Shown: positions 26,801 to 40,377, numbered from the stretch's first letter. The stretch: DNA of 64,000 nucleotides from Eledone cirrhosa (GCA_964016885.1 OZ024743.1:309504001-309568000); one strand, 5' to 3'. Program-made: numbers and translations. Notes: a model not told the origin generated them from the sequence alone.

Positions 26801-27292
26801 TACCGAGGGGCTTTACCCGTTCGAGAAAGGCTCTACAGACACGGGCGCCAGGGTAGGGAACCCGCCAAAAAGATCTGTCCCAGATGCGTGTGCGACGAGG
26901 AAACCGTTGCACACGCATTAGTACACTGCTCGGGCGTAGCCGATCTGTGGGGCTATGTCGAACAACTGCTGTCAAGGGTGGGACCGATCCGGTTGACCAC
27001 CGAGTCTATTGTAATGATCAAGCCGCCTCCCCCCTTCAAAGATGAAGCAGAGGCGGTGTTTCTGTGCGTAATAGCCATGGCGAAAGAGGTTGTATGGTGG
27101 ACGCGTCTGAAAGGACTGAGGTCGGGCACCTTTCTCTCTGGCCAACAACTGGTCCGTTTCTTCCGATATCATTTCGGAAGAAGGATCAGGATGGAGAGAG
27201 AGGTGCTGCACCCCAGCCGTTTCTATGAAAGATGGGTGAAAGTGGCGAGAATGGCCCGTGTGAATGGGCCTTCACTCTACATCAGACTATAG
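23855..27292 (+). CDS. Tx1 ORF2 (APE endonuclease - RT - zinc finger), single in-frame TGA at 26195-26197
   Basis: LNARGL, GDWN, SYLDR, SDH, KSPGLDG, FRPITLLN, LDQSKAFDRV, RQGCPLS, YADD, CPRC...H...C. ORFs 23831 and 26234 are in the same frame across QK*ASCKLSLKGR. Confidence 0.92.
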
Positions 27293-27556
27293 GTGAGGAA
27301 AATGAAAGACCAAGGGAGCACCCCTTCTCTGTGCTCCTGAGGAGAAGGGTTGCACACCTTTTTCGGGGGTGTGTGCGACCCCCCAAGGCGCCTCCTCTCT
27401 ATTGAGGATTTTGTTAAAAATTTTATTTTTTGTTATATCTTATTTTATTTTTATATTTTGTTATTGCCTCCTCCTTATTGAGGACGCCTTTTTGTGTAAA
27501 CTCCCCCCTTTGTACTTGTCCCACTTTTGATGCCCTAGTGGCAAATAAAAGAAATA

Positions 27557-27656
<100 letters not shown>

Positions 27657-28689
27657 CTGCTTTCCCTCTTCCTTTTGTACTTTGTTTCATTTTTTAGAAA
27701 TAAATTTCTATTTCTTTCTCTATAACATACCGACTCTAGTTTTTAAAGGTGCATAGCTAAATACAAAGTTTTCAGGAAAAAATTTGAAAAAAAGGAGCCG
27801 ATCATTAAATCTGATCTTTAAAAAAACTTTTTCATAATTATTTCCATTGCTGAGGCAACTTCTGGTAGAAGAAGCAATATTAAATAAAATATTTGCTCAT
27901 AACGTACGGCTTGGTTCAGGAATCGAACACATGGCCTCATAATCGCCATTCCAACATTGTAAGTACTAGGCTACGACTGAGGTAAAGAACGATGTTCAAT
28001 TTTGCATAAAAAACAGGTTTTCTTCTTTCTATTTCCCCAGCACAATATAATTCAATAAATTTAGAATTTAAAACGAAAAGTAAATGTAAAAAGCAACACA
28101 GACACAAAACAGATTAGCTGAGATATTCGTTAAAATGCCTTAGATTTTCGAATAGAACATTGGTTTTATGAAAGAAATTATCAATTGGGTTTTAAAATAT
28201 CTTATTTTGATTATTGAATATTTAAAAGACATTGATTTTGAAGTTTGCCGTATCATTATACAAAAATAGTTACTATATTTTTGAATGTTTTCAACATTCT
28301 GAAACACATGTGTATCAATCACTACAGATAATTTTATCAAAGAAGATTTCACTTGAGCTTTTAAGTATCATATTAATTATTTGATTTTTACAGATATTGA
28401 TTCTGAAGATTTCATTTTTATTATACAAAAAAGAATTACAATATTTCTAAAAGAAAAAAACCCAACAAAACACACAATATCACTCTAACTAATTTTATCA
28501 AGAAATGTCATCCATACTTTTGTAAGTTAACGTCATTTTTATGAAAACAAATAAAAATTGTTAATGGATTTTACTGACAATTAATGAATTGAATTCGCCT
28601 ATTACTCTGGTGTGTATATTTTCTTATTTATATTAAATTCCAAATGCTTAATAGTTTCCATCTTCTTCATTTCCCCCACTCTCACTCTT

Positions 28690-28761
<72 letters not shown>

Positions 28762-28763
<2 letters not shown>

Positions 28764-30792
28764 CGAAGGAAGTGTGGTAAGGAACCAGATGGACCATAAC
28801 GCCCCAGAGTACTCAATAGTTAGGGTAGTAGAGTGGATTTGGGAAGATGGACTTTGCCAAAACACTCACACACATCACCGACCAGGAAATAAACATCATT
28901 CTCCACGCCAGGAATACAGTCCTCCTTTTCGACACCTCCAAGTAGATAAAGAGAGCTCCCGACTCCCCATTCGACGTTAGTACGGGCGTGACCGACTCGG
29001 CCGAGGTGACCGATCTTAGAGAATTATTCCTACTACATAAACTCACCGAATTCTTTCCTGCATTCGGTGGTGGATTGTACCGGGACGATGGGCTCCTTAT
29101 CCTCAAAGGGTACAATCCCAGTATTACAGACCGGGTCCGTAAACAACGGATCAACTCCTTCCGGGACTGGGGATTTAAAATCGCCCAACCTCGGAAATGA
29201 TCTGTACTACCGATACAGGAAACTAAATGACAAACTCCACTACTTCCACCGCCGCTCTAACCACACTAGAGACATCACCAATAACCTAGTTAAAAACATC
29301 TCCCTCCGCATATCTCGTTTGTCCGCTAATGAGCAGATATTCGACTTTCGGGAGGAAATCTTTTATCCAGCTTCCCTTAGCGGAACCAGCAGGCGACGCC
29401 GCCGCTCACGCCAGGTAACGTGGTTCAACCCTCCCCACAATACCGAGGTGGCAACACCAATCGGGAAAATCTTCTTTAGGCTCCTCTAAAAACACTTCCC
29501 ACCACAATACCGCTACCACAAAATAATCAACAAAAACAGTATCAAACTCTCTTACAGCACCACACCCAACTTGGCACAAAACATCGCCTCCTCAAACAAC
29601 AAGAAACTCAACTCCTATGGAAGAAACAACCTAGACATTAGTGGAGAGCCGACCAAGAGGTGTAACTGCCCTGATAGATCTACGTGCCCCCTCAACAACA
29701 GATGCCGAGAACGTAACGTGATCTACCAATGCAACGTGAGGACGGAAAACTCCAACAAAGCCTATATAGGATTAACCTCTTGTGACTTTAAGACCCGGCT
29801 CTACCAACACCGACATATCTTCCAAAACCCGGCCCGGCGACATGCCACTACACTCTCAGACCACATCTGGAACCTCCAAGATAATAACATAACATACAAT
29901 CTTACTTGGAGCTTACTGTCCAGGGCTAACTCCTACACGAGAGGACGCCGTCCGTGTAATTTATGCTCGGAGGAAACAATACAAATGTTGTTTACGAAGG
30001 ACCAACGCCTAAACAAAAAAGACGAACTGGTAACTGCATGTAAACACCGATTGCGTAGGACTTATCTAGCCCTCAAACCACCTCATGACGCGGGTGGGTT
30101 GACAATGGCTGCAGCATCCTTCTTTTCCCCACTTGCCGAACAAGATAGGGGAAACCCCAGCATACATAGGTAGAATGCACTTCTTTTCTTTTTCGCTTTA
30201 TCTCTTCTTATCACTTCCTTCCACAGCCTCTCCTCTTCTTTTTCCTTTTTCCTCTTTCGCCTACCCTGAGGCAGCCATCAGGCTTTTGTAGCGTCAGTAC
30301 CCCCACCCCAGTAAATTCTATGTAGCATTGGCCGAAGACGCAATACCAGCTAAAAATATGGCAGCTGCTTTAGACTCTAGAGATTTATTTTATTACTTGT
30401 AACTGCATTTAATTTTTAAAATTATTTTTTGCTTTTAATTGATTAACCTTTTAATTTTATAACGTCCCACTCTCAGATTTATTTTTCGCCCACTTTTTAC
30501 CTAGCATATTTTCATACACACTTCTTAGAATTTGCTGTATAGAATTCACTTTCAACGCTTGACGGGCTCCATCAACTCCCTCATTGTTCTACAGGCAAGT
30601 TCAGCCACCACCATGAAAAATTTAATTGTGTTTACAAGAAATTTTGACCAATCGTTTTGACAACTACAATCTTCCTATATAAGGAATTACCCCTGAAAGG
30701 TTCGGCTAATCATTACCACGCTAAAAATTCTAATTTAGTCCAGAAATAGCCGTCGAAGCGGCTTGAGCACTGCCGTCGAGGTTAAACATTTT

Positions 30793-30796
<4 letters not shown>
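28762..30796 (+). mobile_element. Decayed PLE (copy D): inverted tail 28762-28850, RT/GIY-YIG remnants 28850-30090, pseudo-LTR with degenerate hammerhead 30689-30783
   Basis: IILHARNTVLLFDTSK*IKR..FDVSTG.TDSAEVTDL, GGGLYRDDG, WFNPP, CNCPDRSTCPL, VIYQC..YIG. Internal deletions and stops. Confidence 0.92.
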
Positions 30797-30851
<55 letters not shown>

Positions 30852-30963
30852 AATTAGTATATCTAGTAACATATATATACACAGATGCATATCTATGCTA
30901 GCAAATATATAGGGTTTGTCTTAGTAACTTTGTGGTTCAATGCATGGGGATGCAGAACAATAA

Positions 30964-31204
30964 TATGAGAGACGTAAAATAAGAAAATCATAAAATTAAC
31001 TTACTTACTAAAATTTCACTCCAACTAATTAGTTTCTGAAAGGGAATAAACATAGTTTCCGAAGAAACGTATGGAGAAGCCTTTCGTCATCAGGAAGTCT
31101 ATTCTCAGCTAAGTTTCCAGGCAATACGTGGACACAGGGAACTCTCATATAGTTGGAGTGAAATTTTAGTAAGTAAGTTAATTTTATAATTTTCTTATTT
31201 TACG

Positions 31205-31213
<9 letters not shown>
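30964..31213. repeat. Fold-back pseudo-LTR fragment with hammerhead (31019-31097, -)
   Basis: Minus strand CTTC CTGATGA C GAAAGG...CCTTTC A GAAACTAATTAGTT GGAG. Inverted arms 30964-31028 and 31150-31213. Confidence 0.65.
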
Positions 31214-31236
<23 letters not shown>

Positions 31237-31237
<1 letters not shown>

Positions 31238-31332
31238 GGAAAATCTTTAACCCCGACGGCAGTGCTCAAGCCTTTTCGACGGCTATTTCTGGACTAAATT
31301 AGAATTTTTAGCGTGGTAATGATTAGCCGAAC

Positions 31333-31336
<4 letters not shown>
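31237..31336 (-). mobile_element. Inverted pseudo-LTR end of family D
   Basis: Reverse complement of 30696-30796. Confidence 0.85.
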
Positions 31337-31395
<59 letters not shown>

Positions 31396-31469
31396 ATATA
31401 TTGAGTTAGGAACTCAAAATAGTCTATTACAACAAAATACCTCTAAGAAAGAGATACTTCTGAGTCGTA

Positions 31470-31659
31470 TATTATAATAGAATATAAAAATTGAACATAG
31501 ATATATAGATATATGTGTTCAAATCGCAAGGGACCTGATTCGCTAAAGTGAAAAGAATACTAACTATAGACAATCGGTTTCTTAAATTGAGACCAGCGAA
31601 CCCAACTGTCTATAGTTAGTATTCTTTTTACCTTAGCGAATCAGGTCCCTTGCGATTTG

Positions 31660-31734
<75 letters not shown>

Positions 31735-31757
31735 GTGTTCAATTTTCTTTTATATTC

Positions 31758-31765
<8 letters not shown>
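31470..31765. repeat. Fold-back element with ~60-bp near-perfect arms
   Basis: 31515-31572 vs 31608-31665, plus outer arms 31474-31505 vs 31728-31764. Confidence 0.8.
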
Positions 31766-31834
<69 letters not shown>

Positions 31835-31842
31835 CATATATA

Positions 31843-32630
31843 TATATATCCAAAATTAAATTAAATTAAGGGAGTCATGTCCGAGACATGCGACATATCC
31901 ACCGTAGAATAAGCCCAAAGATTCCAATGAATAGATCCGAGCATTGTATATAAACTAGAAATTGATTGACATATATATATATTTAAAATAAACGCATGAA
32001 ACAATCATAGGGGTTAATTTGTAAAGTGTGTAACCACACACATCTAGGTAGGTAACTAATTAAAGTTTAACTATAACTTCAAATATTACCTTTTAAAAAT
32101 GATTAATATTCCTTGTATATATTTCATTAAAGAAATATATTTCACCATTAATCCGTAAAGTCACAGTATTCAAATTACGTATCTTCAGCAAGGGAGAAGA
32201 TTTAACTATCTGTGTTTGCACATCAAATGCAAATCTGTGAATGACTAACAGCACGTGTGGCATTTTTAAAACTACACACATGTGCCAGCGTTGTCCCAGT
32301 GGCGTGAACAGGGTTATCGACAGCTAGAAATAGCAGCCGAGTCCTTTCAACTGAGTTAGTTCTACAATTAAGGGGCCGTGAATATATCCAAAATAAATTA
32401 AATTAAGGGAGTCATGTCCGAGACATGCACCATATCCAGCGTAAAATAAGCTCAAAAATTCCAATCGATAGATCCGAGCATTTTATACCAACTAGAAATT
32501 GATTGACATATATATATGTTTAAAATAAATACATGAAACAATCACAGGGGTTAATTTGTAATTATCCCCTGTGATTGTTTCATGTGTATATTTTAAATAT
32601 ATATATATATCAATCAATTTCTAGTTGATA
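31843..32630. repeat. ~180-bp direct repeat pair plus inverted tail
   Basis: 31843-32023 resembles 32382-32561; 32565-32626 is an inverted copy of the repeat end. Confidence 0.75.
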
Positions 32631-32683
32631 TATATATATATATATTTACATATATATATATATTTACATATATATATATGTAT

Positions 32684-32821
<138 letters not shown>

Positions 32822-34760
32822 TTACACACACACACATATATATATATTTACATATATATATGTATATTTACGCATACACACAGACACACATAGATATATT
32901 TTTTTATTTATATATATATATGTGTATATTTACACACACGCATATATATATATATATACATGTTTATATTTACATATATATATATATATATTTACATATT
33001 ATGAAAATAAAACGAAGAAGCCTTCAATACATCAAAAGTCTTTATTAGCCAACAATGTCTCGTCCTATTAAGGACTCATCAGGGCAATTAAAACTACAAG
33101 AAGCACTATCGGCCAATACAAGCCGAAAACTCAGAAGAATATGGAGTGTACATACACTAAAGTATTGGAAGATTATGGGTAAAAATATATAATAAAAATC
33201 ACTAAGGAGGTGGATAACATTTTGAACCATATTACAAATATAGTCCAAAGCAAAAAACTAGAGCTAAACAAAGGTGGTTATATAGAGCGGGAATTATAGT
33301 ACTATATGTAATACAATATAATATAATATAATATACTATACTTGTAACAATATTAAAATTAAAATTAAAATTAAAAGGCACAATATACATATGTATATAT
33401 ATACACGCACATACGCACATATACATATACATCAATACACATTTCCATCATTAACAGCACAAATTAAACCTTATTAAGAGTTTAAATGTAAATAAGCATA
33501 ATAGGAATAAAAATAAAAATAATACGTATATATAATATACAGTATAACATGAAGTAATGAAATGATTAAAAGTAAAACATATAATATATAATAAACTATA
33601 TAATTATATAATATATAATATAATAGATAATCTCCGGTTAATTTACACAAACAATATAGATGTCACAATAACACTATAATAATAATATAATAATATATAA
33701 TGGCATGTAAGTTAACAAATCAATTCATATAGAGTTACAGAGCAGGTGAGAAAAAAATATATATTGTACAATACCAAAATTATGATGGTACAAAAATATA
33801 AACATCTTACAGAATATATAAAATTTAACATATCATAATGGTACATAAAATCATCGGTAAGTAATAAAGATCAATAGTACATTTACAAAGAGTTGAATAA
33901 CAACTTCAATATAAAATAATGAACATAATATAATATATAATTACTTATAATTACAAGGTTGGTAAACAGACACATATGTGAATGAGTGAATAAGGGGCAG
34001 ACAGAAAATACTATGCACAGTAGTATTAATAAATAAATAAATAAAATCGACCGGAAATCAAAAAACAAAAACAAAAGTATTTACTTAGGTCTCACATGCA
34101 GTTAAGTAAAAACTTAGGAAACAACCCGGATAAATGACTAGAAAACCCTATTTGATAAATTAATATTGAAAATATTTATAATACTTAATTAGGCAATACA
34201 ATATTAGCTATGGTTTAAGTAATCAAAATCCCTAAACATTAAGATATCAACTATAAATATATATAGAAAGGAATGAAATATTCTACTATCATTTACATAA
34301 CGTTATCTAATAAACTGACTTTAAGCAGAATTATGGTAGGATAATGTGGACAGAAAAAAAGAAATGTATGGAGGATACAAAAGAGCATAAAATCATAATC
34401 AATATACTGTATTATATAATAGAAAGGAGCATAAAAAAGGGGATTAAATATAATCATAATATATTTGAAGGGGTTAGCAATAAGTTTATGTGTGTATGGG
34501 GGGGGGGGTTATCCAAAGAAGAATCCAAATAAAATAAAATAAAATGAAATAAAATAATATAAAATATATAATCAGATATATACTCATAAGGTGTTAATAG
34601 TGAAAATTTAATGTGTAAGAAGATAAATATGGTATAGTAGCCAAAAAATTATGAGAGCTAGAATAAAAAGTTGTCAAAAACCAATGATAATAATGATGAT
34701 AATAATGGTGGTAAACAAACTGAACCTAAACTAAAAAAAATAAGTAATGGAATATATCAG

Positions 34761-37358
34761 CTAATGGATACAATTTACACTACTAGAACCTTTAGGTTTA
34801 TAATAAAAGTAAGAATTAGAAATAGCGTGGGGGCAAGAAGAGAATATCTCAGACTTTCTATTAAGTAAGGATTCACTAGAGAAAATTATAGAGTGTGTCT
34901 CAAGGATACAGAGATTACAAAATTTAGTATGTGTAGAAAGGTTATTTGAGCGTACTACTAAACGCCAATTAAAGCTATATGGTATACTAGCCCCCTTAAG
35001 ATCCCAGATATAGTGTGCTAAAGAAGTAGAATTCTTAAACTTAACATGTTTGAAATTAGAGACATGAGAATTAAACCTAGTCTTAAAAGTGTTAGATGTA
35101 GAGCCTATATATGTTCTATTAGAGGAATTAGTTATAACTACGCAAGCATAAACGATGTTCTTAGAGAGGCAGTTACCGTTTAAAGGGCAGTTAGCACTCA
35201 CTCTACAGTTACACTTCCGGGTGCTATTGATTGGCTGAAGTAGTGATGCATTACACGTAGGATTACAATTAGATAAGGTCTGCTCTGGTGGTAAGGCATT
35301 TGCAGATCTGTTCTGACTAGTAGTATGTAGAGAGGAGTATCCATCCCTAATTTTCCTATTGTTAGTGCTAGCTAAATGAGAACTAATATTAGGGGTGGTA
35401 GAGAATGAAAGTTTAATTACATTTTTATTAAAAATACTATGGTATTTATGAGAAGGGGAAATTTTTTTCTCTAAGATAGAAAAGAAAGACCTAGGGATAT
35501 TAGTTAATACTTCCTGATTATATGGCGGGTTAAGATAAGTATTTAGTCTCCTTCTATTTTTATCCTTTCCGACTCTACCATTATCCAATATCCCATTATT
35601 AAGACTAGGGTTACTACAAGGATTAGTTAAAACCACATTATTAGAATCAGCCGAAGTTCCATTAAGTCTCTTTCTGTTTCTACCTTTAGTATATCTGCTG
35701 CTGTCTGGAATCCTATCAAAAGGATTAGGGCCAATAATAGGATCAGTAGAAAAAACATTATTAGAATTAGATCTAGCAAAAGCATCACCAATGAGTGAGC
35801 GCTCAGAGGGTTCGACTTGATTCCTAGAGGTATTAGATTCCCTATTACGAGTCCGGTGGGTTAACTTATGGATGGGTTCAGATACACCTATGTAATTTCT
35901 ACGATTATTATGCTTCCTACTCCCATTCATGGCCATATTATGAGATATTATGTTATTATTATTATAAGTAAGCGGAGACTTTCTAAGGTTACTATTATTA
36001 TAATGTATTTTACCAGAGTAACCGGAATTAGTTAGCGCATTATTATAGTACTCCGCATGGTCATTAAATGTTCCTACGTCCTTAGAGAGTGTGGAAATCC
36101 TATTAGATACACCCTTAATTATAGAGCTTATCATAGATTTGGGTTGGTTAGAATTGGGACTAACATAAGAAAGTATTTCATTAGGCTTATGGAAGGGTTT
36201 AAAACTATTAGTGACCAAGTCCAAAGTCACATCTAAAAAGTTGACTGCTCTATCGTTTCTATCTATCGTGATCGAAAGGTTATAGCTTTTAAAAAACTTA
36301 TAAAGCTTCTTCTTATTATGCTCGACATTGTTGGTGCTAGAGTTAATCATAAACAATGTATCGTCACGATATAGTCCGCCTTTAAGGTGCGGAAAGGTAA
36401 CATATAGTTCATTTAGGAGGAACAACCCAACAAGATCAGTTACCTGGGCCGAATCACTCGAACCCATTGTAACGTCGAAATTGTTGGGCGTGTTTTTACG
36501 GGTTCAAAATGTGTCTTCAAAATTAATGATAGTTCTACGGGCTGCTAGTATAATATCTACCTGTGATCGTGTAAGGCTGGACACTCTCATGGCCAACATT
36601 AAGGCTTTATTGAGGAGGATGGGTGAAATCGATGTGTAGTAGGCATCAATATCGAACTGGATAAACTTATTAGATTCAAGTTTATTAATGCCAGAGAACC
36701 AATCTATAACCACCTTAGTGTTCCCCCATAGGTTAAAATTAACTTTATCCCTAACATCTGGTATAATAAGGTCAAGGATTTTTTTACTGATTATGGCTAT
36801 ATCGGACTTAGAAGGACTGATGAGTCTAACAGAGGGGTTACTAATGAAGTCTACCTTATGATCCTTAAGAGTGAATCTCGGTTCTATAGGGTAATATGGC
36901 TGGGTATACTTATCGAGGCCAAGGTCCGAGACTATTTTAAGACCCTTACTATTGATATGGTTCAAATTATCTTGCGTAGTCTTTTTATAATTTCTATGCA
37001 GCTCCTTATAAATAAAGTCACGGTAAGCACTGTAATCCATAGAGTATAGATTCTTAGTCTTATCCGCCGGGACAAGAATAGACTTATTCGCACTAAAACC
37101 CTTAAGAATATTTTTAAGTCTAGACTGGAACTTATCAAACTTATTATACTTTCTATGTCTATTATATGGCCTATACTTAATATTTTTTACAAGAGAGAGT
37201 AAGTCATTTTCAAAATTATCTAATAGAACATTATGTGGTGGGCTCTTATAAGTTTTGAAGCCATAGTTATTGAAATGAGTTCTATTCCTGTGGTCCTTCT
37301 TATTCCTATTAATATCATAGTGGAAAGCACGCCATCTAATCCTTTTTACGAAGGAACT
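34761..37358 (-). CDS. PLE RT + GIY-YIG ORF, 5'-truncated, ~865 codons, single in-frame TGA at 36504-36506
   Basis: Hand translation of 37358-37041 is open (FVKRIRWRAF..NYGFKT.KSPP..FENDL..VPADKTKNLY). ORFs 36504-37040 and 34761-36467 share the frame. TLKDHK, FDID, MGS.DSA, GLYRDD, CNCRVSANC, YIG. Confidence 0.93.
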
Positions 37359-38431
37359 AAATAAACTATGTGTTACCTTTCCGCACCTTAAAGGCGGACT
37401 ATATCGTGTTTCCTAAGTTTTTACTTAACTGCATGTGAGACCTAAGTAAATACTTTTGTTTTTGTTTTTTGATTTCCGGTCGATTTTATTTATTTATTTA
37501 TTAATACTACTGTGCATAGTATTTTCTGTCTGCCCCTTATTCACTCATTCGCATATGTGTCTGTTTACCAACCTTGTAATTATATATTATATTATGTTCA
37601 TTATTTTATATTGAAGTTGTTATTCAACTCTTTGTAAATGTACTATTGATCTTTATTACTTACCGATGATTTTATGTACCATTATGATATGTTAAATTTT
37701 ATATATTCTGTAAGATGTTTACATTTTTGTACCATCATAATTTTGGTATTGTACAATATATATTTTTTTCTCACCTGCTCTGTAACTCTATATGAATTGA
37801 TTTGTTAACTTACATGCCATTATATATTATTATATTATTATTATAGTGTTATTGTGACATCTATATTGTTTGTGTAAATTAACCGGAGATTATCTATTAT
37901 ATTATATATTATATAATTATATAGTTTATTATATATTATATGTTTTACTTTTAATCATTTCATTACTTCATGTTATACTGTATATTATATATACGTATTA
38001 TTTTTATTTTTATTCCTATTATGCTTATTTATATTTAAACTCTTAATAAGGTTTAATTTGTGCTGTTAATGATGGAAATGTGTATTGATGTATATGTATA
38101 TGTGCGTATGTGCGTGTATATATATACATATGTATATTGTGCCTTTTAATTTTAATTTTAATTTTAATATTGTTACAAGTATATTATATTATATTATATT
38201 ATATTGTATTACATATAGTACTATAATTCCCGCTCTATATAACCACCTTTGTTTAGCTCTAGTTTTTTGCTTTGGACTATATTTGTAATATGGTTCAAAA
38301 TGTTATCCACCTCCTTAGTGATTTTTATTATATATTTTTACCCATAATCTTCCAATACTTTAGTGTATGTACACTCCATATTCTTTTGAGTTTTCGGCTT
38401 GTATTGGCCGATAGTGCTTCTTGTAGTTTTA

Positions 38432-38476
38432 ATTGCCCTGATGAGTCCTTAATAGGACGAAACATTGTTGGCTAAT
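38432..38476 (+). ncRNA. Minimal type I hammerhead ribozyme of copy E
   Basis: ATTGCC CTGATGA GTCC-TTAATA-GGAC GAAACATTGTT GGCTAAT, then AATAAA. The copy in the other arm (33045-33089, -) has GAGA for GAAA. Confidence 0.8.
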
Positions 38477-38635
38477 AAAGACGTTTGATGTATTGAAGGC
38501 TTCTTTGTTTTATTTTCATAATTCTTCGGCTCTGTTTAATTACATTGAGCTATACCTTTTACTGTCATTTCTCTCTCTATATATATAGTAATAATAATAA
38601 ATTTGAAGACTAAAATCCAAAGAGGGCTCGATAAG

Positions 38636-38686
38636 AGTTTCAGAAGATCCCGTTAAGGGTGAAAGCAGCGAATCTTTGCTTAAAGT
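38636..38686 (+). ncRNA. Hammerhead-like motif with CAGAAGA core (family C pseudo-LTR)
   Basis: AGTTT CAGAAGA TCCC-GTTAA-GGGT GAAA GCAG-CGAATCT-TTGCT T AAA. Other copies near 10180, 13384, 40873, 46503, 54545 and 54732. Confidence 0.55.
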
Positions 38687-38697
38687 TTAATCTGTTA

Positions 38698-38768
<71 letters not shown>

Positions 38769-38770
<2 letters not shown>

Positions 38771-39372
38771 AGATAAATCTACCAAAATGTACGGTAGTGT
38801 CCAATTCGTATGAAGAAATCAATGTAATACGAATATCATGAAAAGAGATGTATTCAAAAAAATTTTTTTTCAATGAAAAATACAGGAAAACAGAGTCAAG
38901 ATAAATTAATAAAAATAATAAATAAAAACAAAGAAACAGTTCCTTATATTCAAAAATTCATCATTTTACGATCGTTTCTAGGGTATATATGTTTGTGTTG
39001 GTATGTATATCATATAGATCTATGTAAACTTTTTTACAATAATAATAATATTATTTTTGAAGACAGCATATATATGTGTAGGTATGTATATTCCCTCTGA
39101 TAGTTTGTAAACATTTTTACATAGATCTATATGATATACATACCAACACAAACGTATATATCCTAGAAACGATCGTAAAATGATGAATTTTAATATAAGG
39201 AACTGTTTCTTTGTTTTTATTCATTATTTTTATTAATTCATCTTTACTCTGTTTTCCTGTATTATTCATTGAAAAAAAACTTTTTTGAATACATCTTCTC
39301 TTTTCATGATATTCGTATTACATTGATTTCTTCATACGGATTGGACACTACCGACATTTTGGTAGATTTATC

Positions 39373-39376
<4 letters not shown>
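38769..39376. mobile_element. Solo inverted pseudo-LTR pair of family B
   Basis: 38769-39028 is the reverse complement of ~39116-39376. The long-stem hammerhead at 39051-39184 has C3 to T. Confidence 0.85.
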
Positions 39377-39439
<63 letters not shown>

Positions 39440-39599
39440 ATTTTGAGTATTTGTTGGTTGTATACCAACACCTCAGTACGCAGGCTGGAGCACTCGACGA
39501 AGTGCGCAGGTTGGTTTGATTACTCCGGAATAATGTAAAATAGAGTTAAATGAAAAGTCAAACGTTAAAATTTTAAACATTTGACTTTTTATTTAACTT

Positions 39600-39709
<110 letters not shown>

Positions 39710-39720
39710 GTTTATATATA

Positions 39721-40228
39721 TCTATAAATATAAAACTGAGGATGTCTGTGAGTTTGAATCTCTAAAACTTGAGAACCACCCAACCGAGTGTTTTCAAACT
39801 TTACACATGTAATACTTATGTTTCAGGGAGTTTCTGAGCAAAGAAAAGTCTAAATTTCCAATGCCCTAGTGACGGCATCAGGATTTAGCGATCTCTCTCT
39901 ATAATTCTTAGTTTTTCACATTTTAGATAGATACATACATATAACGTCGCGCCCTTATATTATCTATTATCTGCCTGTGTGTCTGGCTGTCTGCTGCCTC
40001 CGGTTATTTTGCCACCCTTGCTCAAGACAAATCTCACACTTATTCCCCAAACAGTTGGTAAGTGCACACAACATCTGCCTCACGATTTAACCTGCAGTGT
40101 TGCTTACCTAGGTACCACCAGACCCTTACTTCTTTGCCAGCCGTGGCTGTGGCAATACTAAGCTTAGCTAAGGCGGTTATATATTTCCCAATACCTTATC
40201 CCATGCAACGCCGGGTACCAGTGCCAGT
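39721..40228 (+). mobile_element. Non-autonomous Helitron-like element
   Basis: 5' TC start (tctataaatataaaactgag), 3' hairpin (ccatgcaacgccggg) followed by a CTAG-like ccagt end. Shares an internal segment with 9900-10130. Confidence 0.55.
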
Positions 40229-40266
40229 ATATATTTCATATATATTTCTTTCTCCCTCTCTGTCTC

Positions 40267-40377
<111 letters not shown>

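Larger units (their letters stand above)
21832..27555 (+). mobile_element. Full-length L1/Tx1-clade LINE inserted in a (TCTA)n array
   Basis: 5' UTR, ORF1, ORF2, 3' UTR with AATAAA at 27544. (TCTA)n on both sides (21715-21831, 27556-27645). GC-rich relative to the host. Confidence 0.95.
32998..38575 (-). mobile_element. PLE (copy E) with 1.1-kb inverted pseudo-LTRs
   Basis: Arms 32998-34123 and 37407-38522 are near-identical inverted repeats flanking the ORF; microsatellite junctions on both sides. Confidence 0.95.

Noticed and set aside
37400-37415. Splicing as the origin of the deleted inverted segments in copies E and F
   Set aside because: The skipped regions lack GT-AG ends; the junctions show microhomology instead.
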